In this document: positions 55,571 through 64,000 of the stretch, piece after piece
Layout: each line of letters starts with the position of its first letter
Numbering within the stretch: the stretch's first letter is position 1
NCBI GenBank assembly: GCA_028534125.1
Contig: CM052818.1
Coordinates: forward strand, 13,456,001-13,520,000
Direction of reading: 5' to 3'
DNA from: Lama glama
Lineage: Eukaryota
Length of the DNA stretch: 64,000 nucleotides
Position numbers and translations under genes: made by a program
The notes under the pieces: model-generated
Told to the model about the DNA's origin: nothing
What the model saw: only the letters and a program-made list of their open reading frames with translations
The model's database searches: none

Positions 55571-58030
55571 CATTACTGGTCAGTGATTAAGTCTATGTGG
55601 CGATGGATATTTTCTGTGCTTCTTTTTAAAAACATGTCAGTAAACCAAAAACCCTGTCTACCTGGAATAAGGCTAATAGGTACCATGGGTAAGTAAGTTG
55701 CATTAAGATCTTTGGTGTCTGTTGAAGGAATATTACTAATAAAAAAAAACTACTTACGAGTTAATTTGGAAAATAAGGAAATCTCAGCATTCCTAACATC
55801 ACAACTAAAGATTTGAAAAAGACTCTTCTTTATCTCTAGCTGAGGTAAATAGGGAGGAAATGAAAAGTTTATATTAGAGATGGCTAAGGCAGCCATGAAA
55901 ATTAGCCTGAATTCAGGGAGGACCTAAATGGAGTAAGTAAGGCATTAAGCAATTGAGATTTATAATTAAAATTGAAAACACAACACACAACCTTTGTGTG
56001 ATTCTTCTTTGGATCACTGAAATGTACCCTCTTTAGACTTAACATCTGAAGGTCAGTTAAATGTAAAATATAAGTATAAAAAAACCTTTATAAGCAGTAA
56101 GCATTTCTATGCACTGAAGCATAAAAGCAATTGTGCAAAGTTGAACAATGAATAAAAGAGTAAATACTCCTTGTTTGCTTCTTAGAGATTTAGGTAGAGC
56201 TGTTGAATATCAGTTGCAACTTAATAACATGCTCAGGTTTTTTTTTTCCAATTTATCAAGATTTAACATGTTTTCTTCTGTTGAATGAAAGCTCATGCAG
56301 CTTAACTGTGCAGAAAGCTACAGACACGCTTGGGCCACTTTACCTTAACAGAAGTAACTGTTTGCACATCAAGTGCATACTCACCAACATGGGTCCTAAG
56401 TAGCATACCATTCCAAAAGTAACCATGGGGGCTTCAGTACATATCATTCACTTCCTCCTGTTCAAAAAAAAAAAAAGTTTAGACCCTTCAGCAGAAATTC
56501 TCATCCTTTTCCCAAGAGATGTTTTAAATACTCTGTGATAAAATTATGCAAAAAAGAAAGAAAAGAAAAGAAGCGATGCTGTGAATGTCACAAAATGGCA
56601 GTGGGGAAGTCTCATAGCAGCCCATGATTACCTTGGAGGAGGGTTAAAATCAAACATCTGCTAAAAGACACCAAAGAAATTTTTTTTTAATAGTCTGTGG
56701 GCCAATCTGAAGATTCCATTTTGAAGTCACTGCATTGATATCAAGATACACTTTATATTATATGAGTGTGCTTAAAGAAGGGTGGGGTAAATTTTGATGT
56801 CAAATAAATTGAAGTAGAGGATAAATAAAAAACAAGAAATAAAAAATTATGTAACACAAAGCTGTCTAGCTCTACCAGATGCTTCTGTAGCAAAGAAGGG
56901 ATCTTAGCAAGTTAAATGCATGCCCTGTTATCTTCTTAATAGCTTCAATAATGAGCTATGTGGTGTGGAAGCAAGCTTGGGCTGTAGTTCTTGACAGTTT
57001 TATAGCCCTTGGTCAAAGTTTTCAACAGCGTTTGGGCAGGCGTGACTAGGCAGCTAGATTATACATACTGACTTTCCACTTGCAGATACACAATATTTAC
57101 TTTACAGGGTGAGCCAGTAAACCAGCTGACCAGTTAGGCCATAGATTCTTCATGCCTCATGAAAGCTAAGTAAAGATTGAATATAAAAATCTCAGAAACA
57201 CATGCAGACTGGACTTTCCTTTAATGTGTCTTCATATAATCACCACGAAAAAGAAGGTCAACAATCAACAGACTTCACATCAGAGCCACTTGTAAAAAGC
57301 AGAGAGTCTTTCAAGTGGAGAGTTCTAGTTCTTTGGGTTAATGGGGGCCCACATTCAGGTGGCAGGTAGGATCAAACTTCAGAAAAAGAGGCAGTTTTAT
57401 AAGATATCTCCTGAACTCCTCTAACCCTTCAGTTATTTGTCCTGTCATTCAAGTCCCTCCACAATCAATTTTCCAACTATTTAAATCATTATTTCCTTCA
57501 ATGAATTCTCTCTTCTAGCCAAATTGATCTTCTCCTGGTCCGCTGAACATGTGATGTCTATACCTACCTCACTGCCTCTTCTAAAACAATTGTCCACCCA
57601 CTTGGAATGTCAACATTGCTCCCTCCCTACCTCTCCTTCCCCATCACAGATCCCAGACCTCCATCTAGACCCCACTCCATGAAGACTTCTTGGCCACCAT
57701 TTCTCCCTTCTCTGAACTCCCTTAGCACTAACTCTTTATATATTTAATAAAATATATAAAGAGTTATACTGCTGCATGACCATTCTCATACCATTATATA
57801 ACTCTATGTATGAGATTTTTGTCCTCCCCCAAAATTGCCCAGACACCTGTAGGCCACTTCTACTGGAGTGGCTGCCATACTGCAAATTCAACAAATCTGC
57901 CACCAAGACTATATTCTTTATATATATAAGTTTAGAACTACATTCTTCTTATATTTCCATTACCAGCACCATCATTCTTACATCTCAGCCAGGTTCAAAG
58001 CCTTAGAATCAACTTTGAGGCCCCCTTTTC

Positions 58031-58033
58031 ATA

Positions 58034-58093
<60 letters not shown>
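58031..58093. repeat. (AT)n microsatellite, pure (AT)26 at 58041-58092
   Basis: seen directly. Confidence 0.95.
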
Positions 58094-58096
<3 letters not shown>

Positions 58097-58291
58097 TTTA
58101 ATCAGCCACCAGGGCCTGTCATATCTCTTGCAACTAACCATCTGCCTTTTCCATTTCCACTGCCACCACCCTTACTCAGGCCTTTATTTCCTCATCTAGA
58201 CTGTTTAAAAAGTTTCCCACTGCCCTCTTTGTCTCCAATTTCTCCACCTTTTATCCAATCTAACCCTTAGTCTGGGATGAACTAGGCCTAG

Positions 58292-58730
58292 TGTCATGGA
58301 TGCTATAGTGTGCCACCCAGATCCCCCTTTAGTACCAAGGCTTATTCCCCCTGATTCCATCAGTGTTGGCTTCTGACAGGTCATAGTTTAATTCCTCTCC
58401 AGAAATTGCTCTTGGCCAAAAGGACCTGTTTGGTCCAAGTTTTTCCCTCTCTCAGAGGCAGCCCACATCCAATGACTGCTATTAGAACACAAAGGTCCAG
58501 CTCCCATGTTTTAATTCAGGACAACTTTGTAGGATTATGCTAGCTTCTATATGCCATGTGGGATTTGCTGAGGACTCTGTTGAAACTTCATTTCAGTTCA
58601 AATTCTCCCTCTGCCATAACTTTCCTCCCTAATTCCCTCACAAGAGTTGACCCCAAGAACATTCCCCGGTAAACTTCCTTCACTGGAATCTTTATCTCAG
58701 AATTTGTGTTCAGGGAACCCAACCTAAAAC
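58292..58730. mobile_element. ERVL LTR (LTR16-like)
   Basis: tgtcatggatgctatagtgtgccacccagatcccc start and cagggaacccaacctaaaaca end. Confidence 0.7.
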
Positions 58731-58839
58731 ACTCAAACTCTCCTCATATATTTCACTCCTGTCCTTCATATATCTTACATTCCAGTCAAGCTCAGTGATC
58801 TGATGTCCTTACAGACACCTCATGCATTACCACTAACTC

Positions 58840-59790
58840 ATACATTTGCAAAGTATCTACTCAATATCTAAAATGTTCTAGACTCTATAAGAGGTCTTGA
58901 CCAACATAAAAGGACATAGACAAGTAAACAGGCCATTAAAATACAGTATGAACAGTGATTTCCCAGCTGAGATCAGAGGGAGAGCGTGCTAGATAGGGAA
59001 CAGTGTGCACAAAGTCCTGGAGATGAGAAAACTCACCTGGTAAATCTATAAACTGCAAGAGTACTTCAAAAAGGCTGAAGGGTGAGTAGCCTAACTTAGG
59101 GATCTGGGGAGCTATTAGAAGGTTTTAAGGTAAGAAGAAACATGATCACATTTGTGCTTTAGAAAGATTCCTCTGGCTACAATGTAGAGAATTAGCTGAA
59201 GAAAAGGCTGAAGGCAGATGGCTACTGTAGTCATCCAAGCAAAAGATGATGGAGAGCTGACACAAGGAGGTGACAATGGAGACAGAGAGACCTGGACAGA
59301 TTCAGGAGATATTAAGGAGCTCTAATATAAAGGGCATGATGGTTGATCATATGGGGGGTGTTAAGGAGGGAGGAGTCAAAGATTATACCATGTTTCTGAC
59401 TTAAATAAATAGATATACATTATTTACTGTAGTAGAAAACACTGAGGAAGATGCAGAACTGGGGAGAGAGATAAGGAGTTCAGTTTCAGACATGCTAGAC
59501 TCAAGGTATTTAAGTGCGCATTAGTGTGAACAGAAGGCAGATATATAGGTCTGACCTTCAAGAGGGCAGTCTGGCTAGAGGCACAGGTGAGGCATCCTCA
59601 GCATACATATGGTCATAGAAACCTGGGGGCGAGACTGAAAAAGGCTGTCAGAAAAGCAGGGAGAAACCCAGTGGGATGTGATGTCATGAAGCTAAGAGAA
59701 CTCTTCAAGAGGAAGCAAAGGATCAACAGTGTCAAATATTGTTTCGGCTAAACAAAATAAGGACCAAAAAGATTGTCCACTGATTATGAA
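58840..59790 (-). mobile_element. L2 fragment
   Basis: catgatcacatttgtgctttagaaagattcctctggct...ggagttcagtttcagacatgct...gatcaacagtgtcaaat. Confidence 0.7.
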
Positions 59791-61859
59791 CACCTCTGTA
59801 ACTTTGCTCAAACTATTCCATAACCAGAAACCATAGAAGAGTTTTCCACCTTTCTTTCAAGGACTGTCTCAAATTGCCTCACATTTGCATGGTGATTTAC
59901 TGAACATCATCACATGTTACCTCATTTGCTGACTGTAAGACTGTGAGAGTTAAAATCATCTCTTATTGTAGCTTGGCATCCATCTCAGCTCATTAAAACG
60001 TGGGTGATGTAGGTTCAGAAAAGGACCCAAATCTGCAGTGAGAACTTCTTGAAAGAAGAGAATCTATGAATGAGAAGAGCTGGTCCATAGGCCAGAGCTA
60101 TTGTTTATCCCTGTGAGCAAGATGGCACAACTAAGACAAGTCTGTGTCCACGTGGGAAGAGTCATGAAGAATCGCTCTTGATTGTTTAGAAAGGAACACC
60201 AGACAGTCAATCTTTACCCTTATATGCAAAATTCCTGAATGAAATGACAGGGACAAGGCCATCCTATCTTCTCACCATGGCAATGGCCTCATGGGCCAGT
60301 TTAGTGCTAGATCTAGAGCAGAATGCCCACATCCCCTGACCCTGACTGACCTCACTCACTCCCAAAAGAAGGCCATGAGCAGCCACCTGTAATGAGGCAT
60401 TCATCTTCTGACTGTTCTTTTTTCTGGAGCGCAAACATCTAAAAAGGAAAACCTATTTGAATTAGGTGCAACTGCCAACTTCACTTACTCCTTCAGAGTT
60501 AATGAGCCAATTTTGTTTTATAGGTGCTTCAAAAAAGCTGACAGAGGAGACAGCTCTGAATAGGAAACACGAAGCAACTTGCTGAGCCCTCATTGTGAGG
60601 TAGATGGCTTGCCTTGTCGTGCCCTTGCAGAACTATATTTCAATGATTTCCTTTTCAAACACAGATCAAAACCCGAAGGAGAAAAGAATTCTTGCTCTCC
60701 TCCAAAGTGTCAACATGGAAGAATATTACAAGGCAGCTTGAGCAAGATGTAGCCGCCAACACATAACAGTTAAAGCAGTAGTGATGTGGTATATATTTTT
60801 TTAAAGCTATTCAGCCTAAACCTCCAAAACTTGCTGCATAGCTTCAGGGCCAGGAATTATTCTGCCCTCCCTCCTCCCTGCCTACGCAACAGTCCTCTTA
60901 AGTTCTCAAGAGGCCCTGGCATTTAGAACATTGGCAAATATTTACTCGATGCACAGAAGAGTACCTTGAAAATGGTGGGTCCTTGATGGCGGTGACATTC
61001 AACACTGGTAACAAATAGCCCTTTAAGCAGTAGCTTTTTATAAATGGAGAGAGGACAGAGTAGTGAAGAGGAAGGCTAAGGGTAAAAATTCCCAGCAGCT
61101 TCTGTCTGGAATTTGTTGCCTAAGAAACTTCAGCTCAGTAAGATGGTAAAAAATGCCTTATTAATGTTAAGCACGCAGGAGTTTGGGTGGCCCCTCTTTT
61201 CATCAAGGCAGTTTGTCATTCAGCACTGCCTCCATATTACTATTACACATAATACTGCAAATTCACTTCACTTCTGGATGCCTTTACTCCTTATACTTTG
61301 GCTTCCACTGACAACCCTGAGTGGTTAAAAACAGACATCCACTTTACACTGGTCCATTCTACAGGTATCCAAAGATACATGACATCATTAAAGTGGGACC
61401 AGCTATGTAAAAGAGCGTTTCAGGCAGAAGAAAGAGTATTATAAATATGAAGCTCAGGAAGGAAATTAGAGATTTAATCCAATGCCAGCATTTTATATGA
61501 CTTAAATTTCAAGCAAGCCAAGACGTAAGAGAAAGTACTTTACCAAGGTCATATAGTTACAAGTATCTTCTCAGAATTAGTTTTATCCTCTTGTGTTCCC
61601 ACTGTTTTAATATCTACAATATTAGATTCCTATCACAATATAATAGTATGCTACATTTTATCTATAATCTTAATAACCACACAGAGCACACAGCTGACTA
61701 GGAGGGTTTCAGGAAAAACATAGATATAGAGATTAAGAACAATTTAGGCAGAAAAGAATATTCTCCAAACACCAAACGTATATGAAATTGAGAAGGCTAT
61801 TTGTAATAGGCCAGAAATTTTTCTCCTGTAACTAATAAAATAATAATAATAAAAATAAA

Positions 61860-62085
61860 AATAACAACAGGTAGAACTTTTTAGATGCATTAATAATCTA
61901 ATCCTGACAACAATCCTATGAAGTAGGACTATGATTATCCCCATTTTAGAAGTGAGGAAACCGTACTGGAAGAAATTAATTTTTCCAGTTGTTCACAAGT
62001 TCTATAGCTAATAAATGAGAAAGCAAGGATTTATACCTGAGCTGTCAGGCTCCAAAGGCTGCGCTCTTAACCACAATACTGTACT
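61860..62085 (-). mobile_element. MIR SINE
   Basis: taatcctgacaacaatcctatgaagtagg...attatccccattttagaagtgaggaaac core. Confidence 0.8.
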
Positions 62086-63699
62086 GACTAGGCTTAATAT
62101 ACACAACCACAAACAATATGCATGAGGTTAATTTGATTTGCAAACAGATTTCCAAGAGCTTAAAATAAAGTGTTTCATTCTATATACAGAATTTAGATTT
62201 TTCTTCTTTTACAGTAGATATTGGAACTATTGATCTAAAAGAGTAGAATAATTCAACATCTAAAAATTTCAAGCTGTCCTTTCCAATGATGCATTGAATT
62301 TCATTTCACTAGCTAGTTTTTAAAGCTAATTAATGTAAGATTGCATCCAGTTTAAGAACCACAGGTATGTTCTTATTTTAATATTTTTCAAGAACTTGAA
62401 TCTTTTTTCTCTGGAAGGTTGCTTTTTTAAGCTAACGACTCAGCATCTGTACTTTGGTCACCATTCATAACTTGTTCCATTTCTCACATCTATTAGTGGA
62501 AATTAGGCTTGGCTATTGAATAACCCATTGCACATTGTAAATGGAGTTACTTTCCACTAAGTATAAATAAAAGATTCCAATAGTTACTACATATTTTACC
62601 AATGGGAAATTAACTATAACTTCAAGTGAGCCCTTTTTGAAACAGAATCTGAAATATTTTTAATAGTAAAAAATACGAGATGACATCTTTGTCAAATACT
62701 TACCTCATACTTTTAAGTTGATCAGAATTCTCTGAAGTGTCAAATTACAAATCATTGTCAAACATAGCAAATTAAATTCACTATCAATTTACAAAACAAT
62801 TTAATTGAATAATTATAACCCAACAGAATTTGTTAGGTGACTATAATGTGACTAGCCAGTAGCAATAATAAACAAGTATTCACATTATTTACAGGCAGAA
62901 ATAAAATAAAAGTGTTATTTATTGATTAAATGTGAAAGATCAACCTCTTTTTACCTCTTCTTTTCCAAGTAGCATCTTTTCACTCATTCTCTAAATAAGA
63001 TAAAGTAAAAATTTGATTTGAATTTAAAAATTAAGCATACCAAGTACAGTATCTTAATTTAGTAAGGTATCTGTGGTGAATAGGACCTCAAAATGGATGC
63101 TGGTAAGATATATCTAAAAATTCAAAAACAAGTCTAAAACAATTTTATAGTACTAGTTTGTCCACATTTTTATGGAGAAAGATATACTGAAGTAAATTTC
63201 ACTAAGTTATTATAATTCTTTGATAAAGTTTCTATATACACTTATAGTATTTTGAATTTTTCTACTTTATTTTTACTAAACTATTTTCATCAGTATCAAT
63301 TTGTTTGGGGGTATATTTTACAATGAAGATTTTGTCATTTATGAGGTTTTCATCTATATCAAATGTTACTGATTATATCTTCAGCCATTTTGAATTTTCT
63401 TTTTGTGACCATCTTTTCATACCAAGTAAAATTTTGCAGTCTAAATTTTGTCAATAATACTTTATTTTTCTGTTACGTTTGGAAAAATGACACATTTTAT
63501 CATGTGAAATTTTAATAATTGTCATTGTTATTTCTTATTCTCTGTATGTAAAATTCATTATGATCTTAATTAAAGACAATTGATTGTTGGTTTATGATAA
63601 TATTATGAGTAATTTCTTTCAGATAATCCAGGATTGCTCTATCATTAAGGATTGGCCAGTTGTATGGCTTGTATACTTCCAATCACTTTTGTATTCCAT

Positions 63700-63900
63700 A
63701 AACCAACTATCCACATCATTGACTGAACTACCTAGATCAAGTTGCTTCACCTGACTACCTGTTTCTGTTTTCTAATTTATAAAATCAGAATTATAATAGT
63801 GCATACCTTATCAAATTGCTATATTATAAGAGAAAATACATGTAAAGAACCTAGAAAAGAGTCCAGCACCTAAAAATCACTCCATAAATATAGCTATCAC
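63700..63900 (+). mobile_element. MIR SINE
   Basis: caagttgcttcacct...ctgttttctaatttataaaatcagaattataatagt...tgtaaagaacctagaa. Confidence 0.65.
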
Positions 63901-64000
63901 ACTTTTCACTAAGTGGCAGATTAAAGAGTAGACTGAAGGGCCAAAATGTCCTTGATGTCAATACAGTGGAGTCAAAATGGCAAGATCAAAACAGCAAAAT

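Noticed and set aside
59900..61400. Repeat-poor downstream segment as a possible enhancer or lncRNA exon
   Set aside because: No specific motif cluster or splice structure I could support without conservation or chromatin data

Overview
AT-rich, CpG-depleted mammalian genomic DNA. It holds the 3' half of EFEMP1 (fibulin-3) on the + strand: seven coding exons (25882-41910, corresponding to human exons 6-12) encoding five calcium-binding EGF domains and the fibulin C-terminal domain, all with canonical GT-AG junctions and an intact spliced frame. The first ~25.9 kb is a long upstream intron; the 3' UTR and ~20 kb of intergenic DNA follow the stop codon. The rest is mostly transposon debris (L1, L2, MIR, MLT/ERVL LTRs, Tigger and hAT DNA elements). 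Two young tRNA-derived SINEs suggest a camelid. I found no evidence of a new multi-gene system. The most notable observations are Gln instead of Arg at the codon equivalent to human R345 (the macular dystrophy site), an MLT1 LTR in the 3' UTR region, a twin-primed 5'-inverted L1, two candidate poison micro-exons and a SINE lacking its B-box hairpin. Repeat subfamily names and human comparisons are from recall, not from a search.
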